From Candidatus Omnitrophota bacterium (lineage in GTDB: Bacteria; Omnitrophota; Gorgyraeia; Gygaellales; Profunditerraquicolaceae): a DNA stretch of 64,000 nucleotides. The number at the start of each line of letters is the position of its first letter. The stretch's first letter is position 1. The DNA lies in NCBI GenBank assembly GCA_030693145.1, contig JAUYBI010000049.1, positions 7,305-71,304 of the forward strand, read 5' to 3'. The translations under genes were made by a program, and so were the position numbers. The notes below the pieces were generated by a model that did not search any database, was not told the origin of the DNA, and saw only the letters and a program-made list of their open reading frames with translations. Shown here piece after piece: positions 37,316 to 46,086 of this stretch.

Positions 37316-38505
37316 CCTATCGTTTAAGGCAATTTAACCTTAAGAGCGTTGTTAAGCGGGGTAAATTTTTTGAGATCCGCTATACTAACCCTCGTACCCA
37401 AAAAAGGGAATATTATAAGTTAGGCATAACACATGATGAAGTAAAAAGGAACCTGCCTGAATTTAATAGAATGTACGCCGGCCTTAAAAGGCAGGTTTTT
37501 TCTTATAGGATTACTGTCAGTCAAGGTGTGCAATCGTGGCTTGAGCAAAAAAGAACTGAATTAAGTAATAAGAAAACCGTGGTTCGGTATGAAGAAATTA
37601 TGAATAATTTCGCGGAATTTCTTAAAGATAAATTCCCGGCTTTAGGATATATGGATGAATTAGCGCAAAAACACTTTGAGGAGTTTAAAGAATACCGCAA
37701 AAATATTAAAGGGAAAAAGGAGAGGACGGTCAATTTTGAATTAGATATGTTAAGTAACTTATTCAAACGTTTGATGGAAAAAGATTATCTTAATTATAAT
37801 CCTTTATCGAAAGTTAAGAGATTGCAGGAACCATATAAAGAAGAGCGTTGGTTTACTGAAGAGGAGATTCGGAAAATTTTTGAAATAGCCAAAAGTGAGA
37901 AAACAAAGATAAATTGGTATGTTATATTCGCTACCTATTATTATACAGGTATGCGTAAAAGGGAATTGATGTCTCTCAGGAAGAAAGATATTGATTTTGA
38001 CAAAGGAATTATACTTATTCGGCACAAAGAGGGGTTTAAGCCGAAAACAGATAGGCCGAGGGCGATTCCTATTCATCCGGAGTTGGTGTCGATTTTGAGA
38101 TTGCTTCGGCCCTTCGGGCCTCGCAATGACACTGGGGACAGTGTTTGCAATGACGAGGGGAAAGTCGTGTCTTGTAATAACCAGGGAGACGGAGATTTTG
38201 TATTTGTTAATTCAAGGGGTAAGCCGTTTTCTAACGACGCGATAAGGCAGAAGTTAAAGAAGTTGTGCCGCAAGGCAGAGATAAAGCCCGGTAAGTTACA
38301 TAGCTTTAGGCATACTTGGACCGCTCATTCTATTATGAAAGGCTGTCCTTCAGATGTGGTTCAGGCGATCGGCGGCTGGAAAGAAAAAGATATGATTGAA
38401 AGATACAAGCACCTTGCGCCGGATTATATGGCTGATATTTATAAGAAAACAATTTTTTTAGGCAGCCAGGCTGAAGATAAAGGCTCTTTAAAGGCTCAAG
38501 ATTAA
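37312..38505 (+). CDS. tyrosine-type site-specific recombinase/integrase
   Basis: N-terminal SAM-like domain, C-terminal catalytic R...HSFRHTWTAH...GGW...RYKHL (R-H-R-Y) motifs. Confidence 0.85.
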   Translation: MTYRLRQFNLKSVVKRGKFFEIRYTNPRTQKREYYKLGITHDEVKRNLPEFNRMYAGLKRQVFSYRITVSQGVQSWLEQKRTELSNKKTVVRYEEIMNNFAEFLKDKFPALGYMDELAQKHFEEFKEYRKNIKGKKERTVNFELDMLSNLFKRLMEKDYLNYNPLSKVKRLQEPYKEERWFTEEEIRKIFEIAKSEKTKINWYVIFATYYYTGMRKRELMSLRKKDIDFDKGIILIRHKEGFKPKTDRPRAIPIHPELVSILRLLRPFGPRNDTGDSVCNDEGKVVSCNNQGDGDFVFVNSRGKPFSNDAIRQKLKKLCRKAEIKPGKLHSFRHTWTAHSIMKGCPSDVVQAIGGWKEKDMIERYKHLAPDYMADIYKKTIFLGSQAEDKGSLKAQD

Positions 38506-38586
38506 AGTTATGGGAGATGTAAATGTTTGATATAGTTAATATTTATGAGAAAAGAAATTCCTTATCCCTCTTTCGGCATTTTAAAT

Positions 38587-38627
38587 AAGAAATGGGGTCA
38601 GATCTAATAGATCTGACCCCATTTCTT
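38587..38627. terminator. bidirectional hairpin between integrase (+) and cspA2 (-)
   Basis: AAGAAATGGGGTCAGATCT-AAT-AGATCTGACCCCATTTCTT, 19-bp perfect inverted repeat with flanking A/T runs. Confidence 0.65.
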
Positions 38628-38646
38628 ATTGACCTTATTTAAAAGC

Positions 38647-38847
38647 TTATATTTTTTTTACGTTAGTTGCCTGGTCGCCTTTGGGGCCTTGAGTAACCTC
38701 AAATTCAACTTCATCGCCTTCTGCTAAAGATTTATATCCTTCTCCGGTGATAGCGCTGAAGTGAATGAAAACATCTTTGCCATCTTCAGAAGTAACAAAT
38801 CCGTAACCCTTTTGGTTGCTAAACCACTTTACTTTACCCTTTGCCAT
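38647..38847 (-). CDS. cold-shock protein (CspA family), second paralog
   Basis: 66 aa, [14 protein letters not shown] / VFIHF motifs. Confidence 0.95.
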   Translation of the reverse strand: MAKGKVKWFSNQKGYGFVTSEDGKDVFIHFSAITGEGYKSLAEGDEVEFEVTQGPKGDQATNVKKI

Positions 38848-39096
38848 TTTGTTTCACCTCCTCTTAAGATAAAAAAAAATCCGCAAAGCATGGTTATTTT
38901 TTGTTGCTGCTTTGCGGTTTATACGTGTTACTAATCAATTTCTTTGTTTCTCCTCTAGACTGATCTTATGTAATAAATATATCATGAATTGTCAATTTGT
39001 CAACCCTTTTTCCAATTCTAAGCGAGTAATTGACTATTATCCAGGAATTGGTATAATGTTGAAAAATTGCCGAGTAAGATATTATTGCCGATGTAG

Positions 39097-39169
39097 CTCA
39101 GTTGGTAGAGCAGGACTTTCGTAAAGTCAAGGTCGGTGGTTCGATTCCACTCATCGGCTTAAGTTTAGT
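39097..39169 (+). tRNA. tRNA-Thr (CGU)
   Basis: Acceptor GCCGATG/CATCGGC, D-arm GCTCAGTTGGTAGAGC, anticodon loop TTCGTAA (CGT), T-loop TTCGATT, discriminator T. Confidence 0.75.
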
Positions 39170-39180
39170 TTTCTCACCCT

Positions 39181-40446
39181 ATGGCCAGATTACGCGAAGT
39201 TTTAAAAAATCGCAACTTCTTTTTATTGTGGAGCGGCCAGATTGTCTCCCAGCTGGGGGATAGATTAGGCCAGATGGCCCTGATTGCTTTAGTCTATTTG
39301 CGCGCGCCGGGGTCAACACTGCAAATTGCCAAAATCCTTTCATTCACGATCATCCCGGTATTTATAATCGGCCCTTTAGCCGGGGTTTATGTGGACCGTT
39401 GGGACAGGCGGCGCACGATGTATGTCTGTGATTTCTTGCGCAGTTTACTGGTTTTTACCATTCCTTTATTTTTATTCTATGCTAAAAGTTTAGCCCTCAT
39501 TTATTTGATTATTTTTATTGCTTTTTCTATCGGCAGGTTTTATGTCCCGGCCAAGCTTTCGATTATACCGGACCTGGTGGATAAAAAAGACCTGTTGGTT
39601 GCCAATTCCCTGATTAACACCTCCGGAATGATCGCGGCAATCTTAGGTTTTGGGATAAGCGGCGTATTGGTAGAGAAGCTGGGGGCCAAAAGCGGTTTTT
39701 ATCTGGATTCTTTAAGTTTTTTAATTTCCGGGACATTTATTTTCCTGATCTCCAAGCGGTTTGTGTCCGCGATGGATTTTAAATCCGAATTCCGGCAGGT
39801 AAGTAAAGAGATTGTGGAGGTAATTAGAAAATCGGTATTTCAAGAGATCCGGGAAGGTATCGCTTATTTTATCCGTAAAAAAGATATCCGTTTTACCGCG
39901 GGGATCATTTTTGCGCTTTGGTCAGCTTTAGGAGCGGTTTATGTCGTCGCTATTGTTTTTGTGCAAAAGGCATTGCATTCGGCAACCAAGGACCTGGGGC
40001 TTTTGGTAATGTTTTTGGGAATTGGTTTATTTCTGGGTTCTTTGATTTATGGCAAGTTTGGCCAGCGTGTTTCGCATTATAAAATAATATTTGTCTGTTT
40101 GGTCGCCAGTGGTATAATGCTGGTCGTCTTTGCCTTGGGAATACATTATTATCCTAATTTTATTGTCGCGGCATTTTTGGCTTTGTGTTTAGGTTTGATT
40201 ATTGCCCCGATTATGATTGCTTCCAATACGATCATTCATAATGTCAGCGATAATGAGATGCTGGGCAAGATTTTTAGTTCCCTGGAAATTGTGATGCATC
40301 TGGGGTTTCTTTCGTTTATGTTTATCAGCAGCGTGCTGGCGGAGAAATTTTCGCATGTATTAATTTTGGTTAGCGTGGGTGGTTTATTAAGCGTGCTGGG
40401 TGTAGTCAGTTTGATTTTTAATCGAAAGGCGGCATGGTTAGATTAG
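39181..40446 (+). CDS. MFS transporter
   Basis: 421 aa, 12 predicted TM, GVYVDRWDRRRTM loop motif. Confidence 0.75.
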   Translation: MARLREVLKNRNFFLLWSGQIVSQLGDRLGQMALIALVYLRAPGSTLQIAKILSFTIIPVFIIGPLAGVYVDRWDRRRTMYVCDFLRSLLVFTIPLFLFYAKSLALIYLIIFIAFSIGRFYVPAKLSIIPDLVDKKDLLVANSLINTSGMIAAILGFGISGVLVEKLGAKSGFYLDSLSFLISGTFIFLISKRFVSAMDFKSEFRQVSKEIVEVIRKSVFQEIREGIAYFIRKKDIRFTAGIIFALWSALGAVYVVAIVFVQKALHSATKDLGLLVMFLGIGLFLGSLIYGKFGQRVSHYKIIFVCLVASGIMLVVFALGIHYYPNFIVAAFLALCLGLIIAPIMIASNTIIHNVSDNEMLGKIFSSLEIVMHLGFLSFMFISSVLAEKFSHVLILVSVGGLLSVLGVVSLIFNRKAAWLD

Positions 40447-41702
40447 CGGAAAATAAACATTATTCAGAAAACAAGGCGACGCAGAGTTTACCGCTTCCGC
40501 TGAAAGTTTATCTTCCTTTAATCCAGCATTTAGGAAAGATATGTAATCCGGAAGTAAAAGTTGGCGATACGGTTAGCCTCGGCCAGAAGATTGCCAGCAT
40601 CGCGGCCCATGTTTATGCGCCCATTCATGCCTCGATATCGGGTAAGGTCGTGGCTGTCCAGGATTGGCCGCACCCTGTTTTAGGCAGGGCTAAAGCCGTG
40701 GTCATTGAAGGTGATGGCCAGGATAATTCCGCAGCATTTTACTTGAAAAACCAGCAAGAGATAGATAAATTAACGGCGCAGGATTTGAGAAAAATTGTTT
40801 TAGATGCCGGGATAGTCGGGATGGGCGGGGCGAGTTTTCCCACGCACATCAAACTTAATCCCCCGCAGCCGGTAGACATTCTGATTATTAACGGCGCAGA
40901 GTGCGAGCCGTATTTAACCGCGGACGCCAGGTTAATGGTTGAGAAAACCGCGGAGATATCCTTAGGTATTGCGTTAGTTGCCAGGTGTTTAGGCGTGCAA
41001 AAAATTTATATTGGGATAGAGGAAAATAAACCTGAAGCGATCAAGGTTTTTTCCGGAATTTCCGGTTTCCGGGTCAAAGTTTTGCCGTCGGATTATCCGC
41101 AAGGCGGAGAAAAACAATTAATTCAGAATATATTAGGCAAAGAGATTCCCCGCGGTAAGCTGCCCTTTGATATCGGCGTTTTGGTGCAGAATGTAGCGAC
41201 AGTGTATGCAATTTATGAGGCGGTTTATAAAGGTAAGCCTTTGATTGAGCGGATCGTTACGGTTACAGGCAGTTGCCTGCAAAACCCGAAGAATTTACTC
41301 GTGCGCCTAGGCACACCCATCAAGAACTTGATAGAGTTTTGCGGGCCGCTTAAAGAACCGCCGGCAAAAATTATTATCGGCGGGCCGATGATGGGTATTG
41401 CCCAGTATACGGATGAGGTTCCGATCATAAAATCCAGCGGCGGCCTGTTATTGATGAATAAAAAAGAAGCTAAAATTACAGAAGAAGATCCTTGCATCCG
41501 CTGCGCCGCCTGCGTGCGCGGCTGTCCGGTGGGGCTAATGCCTTGCCAGATTAATTTAGCCTCGGAAAGATTGCTTTGGGATTTAACTAAGGAGTATGGA
41601 GCCAGTGATTGTATCGAGTGCGGTATATGTAATTATGTTTGTCCTTCTAACCGGAGATTGTTGCAGACGATTAAAAGGGCAAAGTTAGAGGTAGCCAAAT
41701 GA
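40434..41702 (+). CDS. rnfC: Rnf electron transport complex subunit C
   Basis: GMGGASFPTHIKL NADH/FMN-binding region, two 4Fe-4S ferredoxin motifs CIRCAACVRGCP and CIECGICNYVCP. Confidence 0.85.
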   Translation: MVRLAENKHYSENKATQSLPLPLKVYLPLIQHLGKICNPEVKVGDTVSLGQKIASIAAHVYAPIHASISGKVVAVQDWPHPVLGRAKAVVIEGDGQDNSAAFYLKNQQEIDKLTAQDLRKIVLDAGIVGMGGASFPTHIKLNPPQPVDILIINGAECEPYLTADARLMVEKTAEISLGIALVARCLGVQKIYIGIEENKPEAIKVFSGISGFRVKVLPSDYPQGGEKQLIQNILGKEIPRGKLPFDIGVLVQNVATVYAIYEAVYKGKPLIERIVTVTGSCLQNPKNLLVRLGTPIKNLIEFCGPLKEPPAKIIIGGPMMGIAQYTDEVPIIKSSGGLLLMNKKEAKITEEDPCIRCAACVRGCPVGLMPCQINLASERLLWDLTKEYGASDCIECGICNYVCPSNRRLLQTIKRAKLEVAK

Positions 41703-41757
41703 CCCATTCGACTTTTGCTCAGGGTCATCCTGAGCGACTGAAAGGAGTCGAAGGATG
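41700..41757 (+). repeat. dispersed intergenic repeat (copy B, rnfC-rnfG junction)
   Basis: TGACCCATTCGACTTTTGCTCAGGGTCATCCTGAGCGACTGAAAGGAGTCGAAGGATGA; supplies rnfC stop and rnfG RBS/start. Confidence 0.85.
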
Positions 41758-42390
41758 AAAGAGATGGCGCGTTACGGTTTCATTTTAGCATTTATTTGTG
41801 TAGTGGCCGCGGGGTTGCTGGCGATAGTGAATACGCTTACCGGCCCTAAAATTATTGCCGCCGCGCAATCCGAGGAACAGGCAGCGCTTAAAGAGGTTAT
41901 GCCTTTGGCTGCCAAATTTACCGCGGTTAAGCCTCCTGCGGCTGAGGAAATATTATATTATAAGGCATTTGACGCCCAAGGTAAGTTAATCGGTTTTGTT
42001 TTTAAAGCCAGCGGTAAAGGATATTCCAGCGTCATTGAAACCTTAGCCGGGATATTCCCGGATGGAAAAATCAGCGCGATAAAAATCATATCTTTGAATG
42101 AGACCCCGGGCTTAGGCATGCGGGTAGCGGAAGATAAATTTACCGCTCAGTTTAATCGTCAGAGTAGTTTGGATTTATTTGGAGTTCAGGCAATTACCGG
42201 GGCAACAATTTCCAGCCGCGCGGTAATGAATTCAGTGATGAAAAAAGCTCAAGAGATAAAAGCATTGATAAAAAATGACCCATTCGATGGTTCGACTAAG
42301 CTCACCATCGACACTGAGCAGGGTCGAAGTGTCGACTCCGCTCAGGGTCATGCTGAGCTAACCAAAGGAGAGTCGAAGCATGACAAATAA
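41755..42390 (+). CDS. rnfG: Rnf complex subunit G (FMN-binding), with repeat-derived C-terminal extension
   Basis: N-terminal TM, FMN-attachment motif GATISSRAV; last ~35 codons are encoded by a copy of the dispersed intergenic repeat. Confidence 0.8.
   Translation: MKEMARYGFILAFICVVAAGLLAIVNTLTGPKIIAAAQSEEQAALKEVMPLAAKFTAVKPPAAEEILYYKAFDAQGKLIGFVFKASGKGYSSVIETLAGIFPDGKISAIKIISLNETPGLGMRVAEDKFTAQFNRQSSLDLFGVQAITGATISSRAVMNSVMKKAQEIKALIKNDPFDGSTKLTIDTEQGRSVDSAQGHAELTKGESKHDK
42276..42383 (+). repeat. dispersed intergenic repeat (copy C, expanded, in-frame within rnfG 3' end)
   Basis: TGACCCATTCGATGG...GAGCAGGGTCGAAG...GCTCAGGGTCATGCTGAGC...GGAGAGTCGAAGCATGA; read through as codons of rnfG, 3' ATG is the rnfD start. 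Confidence 0.8.
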
Positions 42391-43330
42391 TCTTATTGTT
42401 TCCGGTTCGCCGCATATCCATAAACCAGCATCCATTTCCCGGATTATGTGGACGGTGGTAATCAGCCTTATCCCCGCGGGGATTGCGGGTGTAATTATTT
42501 TCGGACTGGATGCTTTATGGGTAACCTTGGTGGCGGTGGCTGCCGCGGTATTAACGGAATTGCTCTTTGGAATATGGACGAAAAAGAAGATTACGGTTCT
42601 GGATGGCTCGGCGGTAATTACCGGTATATTATTAGCTTTTAATCTTCCTTCGGGAGTGCCGTTATGGTTACCGATTGTGGGAGCGGTATTTTCTATTGCC
42701 ATTGGTAAACAGGTTTTTGGCGGTTTAGGGCAAAATATTTTTAATCCGGCGTTGGTGGGCAGGGTTTTTCTGATGGCCTCCTGGCCAAAATATATGACTA
42801 CCTTTACCCAGCCTCTGCGTGCAGCCGGGTATGATGCCATCACTAGCGCTACTCCTTTGGCCATGCTTAAAGAAGGCAAGGTTTTAGAGCACATTCGGTA
42901 TCTGGATTTATTTTTGGGTAAGCACGGCGGATGTATTGGTGAGGTTTGTATCCTGGCATTATTAATCGGGGCAGCGTTACTTTTAATTAAAGGTTATATT
43001 TCCTGGCACATTCCGGTAACCTATATTTTTACCACGGCAGTGTTTACCTATATTTTTGGAGGAAGGCAGCTTTTTGGCGGAGATTGGTTATTTCATATTT
43101 TAAGCGGCGGGTTAATTCTGGGGGCATTTTTTATGGCTACGGATTATGTGGCTACTCCTTTAACGGCCAAGGGCCAGCTAATTTTTGGCCTGGGTTGTGG
43201 CTTGCTTACTGCGGTGATCCGGATTTGGGGAGGCTATCCCGAAGGCGTATCCTATGCCATATTGATGATGAATGCCGCTACACCATTTATTGACAGGTAT
43301 ACTAAGTGTAGAATTTACGGAACAAAATGA
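42380..43330 (+). CDS. rnfD: Rnf complex subunit D
   Basis: 316 aa polytopic membrane protein, NqrB/RnfD family pattern incl. FMN-binding Thr region. Confidence 0.8.
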   Translation: MTNNLIVSGSPHIHKPASISRIMWTVVISLIPAGIAGVIIFGLDALWVTLVAVAAAVLTELLFGIWTKKKITVLDGSAVITGILLAFNLPSGVPLWLPIVGAVFSIAIGKQVFGGLGQNIFNPALVGRVFLMASWPKYMTTFTQPLRAAGYDAITSATPLAMLKEGKVLEHIRYLDLFLGKHGGCIGEVCILALLIGAALLLIKGYISWHIPVTYIFTTAVFTYIFGGRQLFGGDWLFHILSGGLILGAFFMATDYVATPLTAKGQLIFGLGCGLLTAVIRIWGGYPEGVSYAILMMNAATPFIDRYTKCRIYGTK

Positions 43331-43495
43331 CCCCTGGATATCTTTCCCTGGGTCATTTTGAACGAGCGGACATTGGAATAAACCTTGCTGATTTTTATTA
43401 ATTATCAATTACAGTAGGAGAGGTTTAAACCTCTCCTACTGTCGAAAATCAGAAAGTTTGTTACACTATCAACGAGCGAAGCGAGTCGAAGAATG
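43328..43495 (+). repeat. dispersed intergenic repeat (copy D, split/degenerate, rnfD-rnfE junction)
   Basis: 5' part TGACCCCTGG...CCCTGGGTCAT (43328-43357) and 3' part AACGAGCGAAGCGAGTCGAAGAATGA (43468-43495) separated by the GGTTTAAACC hairpin. Confidence 0.6.
43411..43442. repeat. GGTTTAAACC-core hairpin (copy 3)
   Basis: ACAGTAGGAGAGGTTTAAACCTCTCCTACTGT perfect palindrome between rnfD and rnfE. Confidence 0.75.
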
Positions 43496-44086
43496 AAAAA
43501 CCTGATTAAAGAATTTACTAAAGGTATCATTAAAGAAAATCCGACATTTGTCCTGGCTTTAGGCTTATGCCCGACATTGGCAGTTTCTGTATCGGTAGCT
43601 AACGCCATTGGCATGGGAATTGCCGCTACCTTCGTGCTTTTGGGCTCCAGTTTAATTATCTCATTAATCAGAGATTTTATTCCTGACAAGATCCGCATAC
43701 CCTGTTACATTGTGATCATCGCTACTTTTGTTACTATCGCTGAGTTGTGTATGAAGGCTTACAGCCCGGCGTTAGACCGTTCCTTAGGTATTTATGTCCC
43801 GCTGATCGTGGTTAACTGTATAGTTTTAGGCCGGGCAGAAGCATTCGCCTGCAAGAATAATTTAGCGCGTTCATTCTTTGATGGTTTAGGCATGGGCGTA
43901 GGCTTTACCTTGGCGCTGATCCTTATTTCGGCGATCCGGGAATTTTTGGGTTCCGGCCAGATCTTGGGCCATACCTTAGTTAAAGGGTTTGAACCGATTT
44001 TTGTTTTTGGCATGCCTTCCGGCGCCCTGTTAGTCATTGGCCTGCTGTTAGGTTTATTTAATCTCCTTAAGGATAAGAGAGCATGA
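43493..44086 (+). CDS. rnfE: Rnf complex subunit E
   Basis: 197 aa, NqrD/RnfE family 6-TM pattern (LCPTLAV..., GLGMGVGFTLAL). Confidence 0.8.
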   Translation: MKNLIKEFTKGIIKENPTFVLALGLCPTLAVSVSVANAIGMGIAATFVLLGSSLIISLIRDFIPDKIRIPCYIVIIATFVTIAELCMKAYSPALDRSLGIYVPLIVVNCIVLGRAEAFACKNNLARSFFDGLGMGVGFTLALILISAIREFLGSGQILGHTLVKGFEPIFVFGMPSGALLVIGLLLGLFNLLKDKRA

Positions 44087-44691
44087 ACATTCAGGAATTT
44101 TTGACCATATTTATCTCCGCGGTATTTGTCTACAATGTCATCCTTTCGCGTTTTTTAGGTCTCTGTTCATTTATTGCTATTTCCAAAGAGACTAAGCCGG
44201 CATTGGCCATGAGCTCGGCGGTAATGTTTGTTATTGTGATGTCATCGGCAATTACCTGGTTTGTTTATCGTTTTTTACTTTTACCGTTTAATCTTGGTTA
44301 TCTGCGCACTATTTCGTTTATCTTAGTTATTGCTACTTTTGTGCAGCTGGTAGAAATGGTGATTAGAAAGGTAAGCCCGCAATTGTACCGCGCCTTCGGA
44401 ATCTATTTACCCTTAATTACCGTAAACTGCGCGGTATTAGGTGTGGCGGTATTGAATATTGATATGTTTTTTATAAATGGCAAGGCCGTGGCGGGAAGTT
44501 TTTATTATGCTGTTTTTCAGGGTGTATGCGTAGGGTTAGGGTATACTTTGGCGATGCTTTTAATGTCGGGTATCCGGGAAAGATTAGAGCTTTGTAATGT
44601 TCCCAAACCACTCAAGGATTTCCCTTTGGCCTTTATTATTGCTTCGATCTTAAGCTTAAGCTTTATGGGGTTTAGCGGATTTAAATTTTAA
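44083..44691 (+). CDS. rnfA: Rnf complex subunit A
   Basis: 202 aa, NqrE/RnfA family. Confidence 0.8.
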   Translation: MNIQEFLTIFISAVFVYNVILSRFLGLCSFIAISKETKPALAMSSAVMFVIVMSSAITWFVYRFLLLPFNLGYLRTISFILVIATFVQLVEMVIRKVSPQLYRAFGIYLPLITVNCAVLGVAVLNIDMFFINGKAVAGSFYYAVFQGVCVGLGYTLAMLLMSGIRERLELCNVPKPLKDFPLAFIIASILSLSFMGFSGFKF

Positions 44692-44695
44692 TATT

Positions 44696-45484
44696 ATGGA
44701 AATTCTAATTGCGATTCTGGTTTTAGGGATTTTAGGTTTGACCTTTGGCATTGGATTAGCGATTGCTTCCAAGAAATTAGCGGTTCAGATTAATCCCAAA
44801 TTAGACCAGGTGCAGCACCTGCTTCCCGGATCAAATTGCGGGGCATGCGGAAATCCGGGCTGTTTTGGTTTTGCCGAAAGCCTGATAAGCGGAAAGAGCG
44901 CCGTTGAAGGCTGTCGAGTCTGTAATGATGAATCCAGGGAGGAGATTGCTAAAGTTTTGGGCCTGGCGCTGGCCAAACAAAATAAGAAGATCGCTGCCTT
45001 GCATTGTAATGGCGGTTTAAGGGTTAAAGATAAATACTTATATAACGGAGTCAATGATTGTATTGCTGCAAATTTAGTTTTAGGTGGGCAGAAGTGCTGC
45101 GTTTTTGCCTGTTTGGGTTTTGGCACTTGTGTAAAAGCCTGCCTTTTCGGAGCGATTACTATGTCGCCGGAAGCTTTGCCGGTAGTGGATAAAGTTAAAT
45201 GCCGCGCATGCAATAAATGCGTTTTGGTTTGCCCGAAGAAATTATTTTCACTGGTATCTGTAACTTATCCTGTTTATGTCGCCTGCAGTTCGCATGATTT
45301 AGGCAAGGACGTAAAGAATGTTTGTCCTGTGGGTTGTATTGCCTGTAAATTGTGCGAGAAGGCCTGCAAATTTGATGCCATACATGTAATAGATAACCTG
45401 GCGGTAATTGATTATCATAAGTGTACTTCCTGCCAAGCATGCGTAAAGGTTTGTCCCGCAAAAACAATCAGGGTGAGAGCTTGA
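44696..45484 (+). CDS. rnfB: Rnf complex subunit B (ferredoxin-like)
   Basis: N-terminal TM, CGACGNPGC cluster, several CxxCxxC 4Fe-4S motifs. Confidence 0.8.
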   Translation: MEILIAILVLGILGLTFGIGLAIASKKLAVQINPKLDQVQHLLPGSNCGACGNPGCFGFAESLISGKSAVEGCRVCNDESREEIAKVLGLALAKQNKKIAALHCNGGLRVKDKYLYNGVNDCIAANLVLGGQKCCVFACLGFGTCVKACLFGAITMSPEALPVVDKVKCRACNKCVLVCPKKLFSLVSVTYPVYVACSSHDLGKDVKNVCPVGCIACKLCEKACKFDAIHVIDNLAVIDYHKCTSCQACVKVCPAKTIRVRA

Positions 45485-46059
45485 ACCTGGCTATATTTGC
45501 TTCAGGGAATGGAAGCAATTTTGCCGCGCTGGTTAAAGCAGTAAAAGAGAAAAAAATTAAAGTCAAGCTTGTAGTGTTGGTTTGCGATAAACCAGAAGCC
45601 TTTGTCGTTAAGCGCGCGCAAAAAGCTAAAGTTGCAGTAATTTTAGTCAGGCGCGAAGATTTCTCCAGCCGGCTTGATTTTGAAGCAGCGATCATCCAGA
45701 GATTAAAAAACTACAAGATAGATTTAATTGCTTTAGCGGGATTTATGCGTTTACTTAGCCCGGATTTTGTTAAACGCTACCGCAACCGGATAATGAATAT
45801 CCATCCTTCATTGCTTCCTGCGTTTAAAGGCGCTTATGCCATCCGGGATGCCTTCTGTGCCCGCGCGGATTCTACGGGGGTTACGGTGCATTTTATCGAT
45901 GAGGAAATTGACCACGGGCCGATTATTCTGCAGGAGAAGATAAAAATTAGAAGTAAGGATACCTTGGCGTCTCTGGAGAAGAGAATCCATCTTCTAGAGC
46001 ATAAGCTTTACCCCCAGGCAATTAAATTATTTATCAGCGGTAAAATAAAATTCTCCTAA
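45481..46059 (+). CDS. purN: phosphoribosylglycinamide formyltransferase
   Basis: N-terminus LNLAIFASGNGSNF aligns with the PurN start (M-N-I-V-V-L-I-S-G-N-G-S-N) if TTG 45481 is used; NIHPSLLPAF active-site motif. Confidence 0.8.
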   Translation: MNLAIFASGNGSNFAALVKAVKEKKIKVKLVVLVCDKPEAFVVKRAQKAKVAVILVRREDFSSRLDFEAAIIQRLKNYKIDLIALAGFMRLLSPDFVKRYRNRIMNIHPSLLPAFKGAYAIRDAFCARADSTGVTVHFIDEEIDHGPIILQEKIKIRSKDTLASLEKRIHLLEHKLYPQAIKLFISGKIKFS

Positions 46060-46086
46060 AGGGGAGCAAGGGCGGGGCTTAGTTTT

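Larger units (their letters stand above)
24646..38588. mobile_element. integrated genomic island at tRNA-Phe (HTH, Fic, type I RM with embedded genes, DUF262+HEPN, XRE-Xis-Int)
   Basis: Left end = tRNA-Phe 3' end TCCCTCTCTCGGCATTTAATAAA (24633-24655); right end = imperfect repeat TCCCTCTTTCGGCATTTTAAATA (38566-38588) directly after the tyrosine integrase gene. Confidence 0.7.

Noticed and set aside
38912-39124. 70-aa ORF overlapping tRNA-Thr
   Set aside because: Runs through a well-folded tRNA gene; no RBS; Cys/Arg-rich nonsense translation.
42276-42390. Possibility that the rnfG C-terminal tail results from a frameshift/sequencing error
   Set aside because: The tail is a contiguous in-frame copy of the dispersed repeat ending exactly at the repeat's own TGA, with the rnfD start in the usual repeat position. 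No frameshift is needed to explain it, although orthologue comparison should confirm.
42358-42894. 178-aa reverse-strand ORF antisense to rnfD
   Set aside because: Shadow ORF of rnfD; the forward frame has clear RnfD/NqrB family features.
44785-45467. Two reverse-strand ORFs (142 and 90 aa) within rnfB
   Set aside because: Antisense to the Cys-rich ferredoxin motifs of RnfB, which create long open antisense frames by composition.
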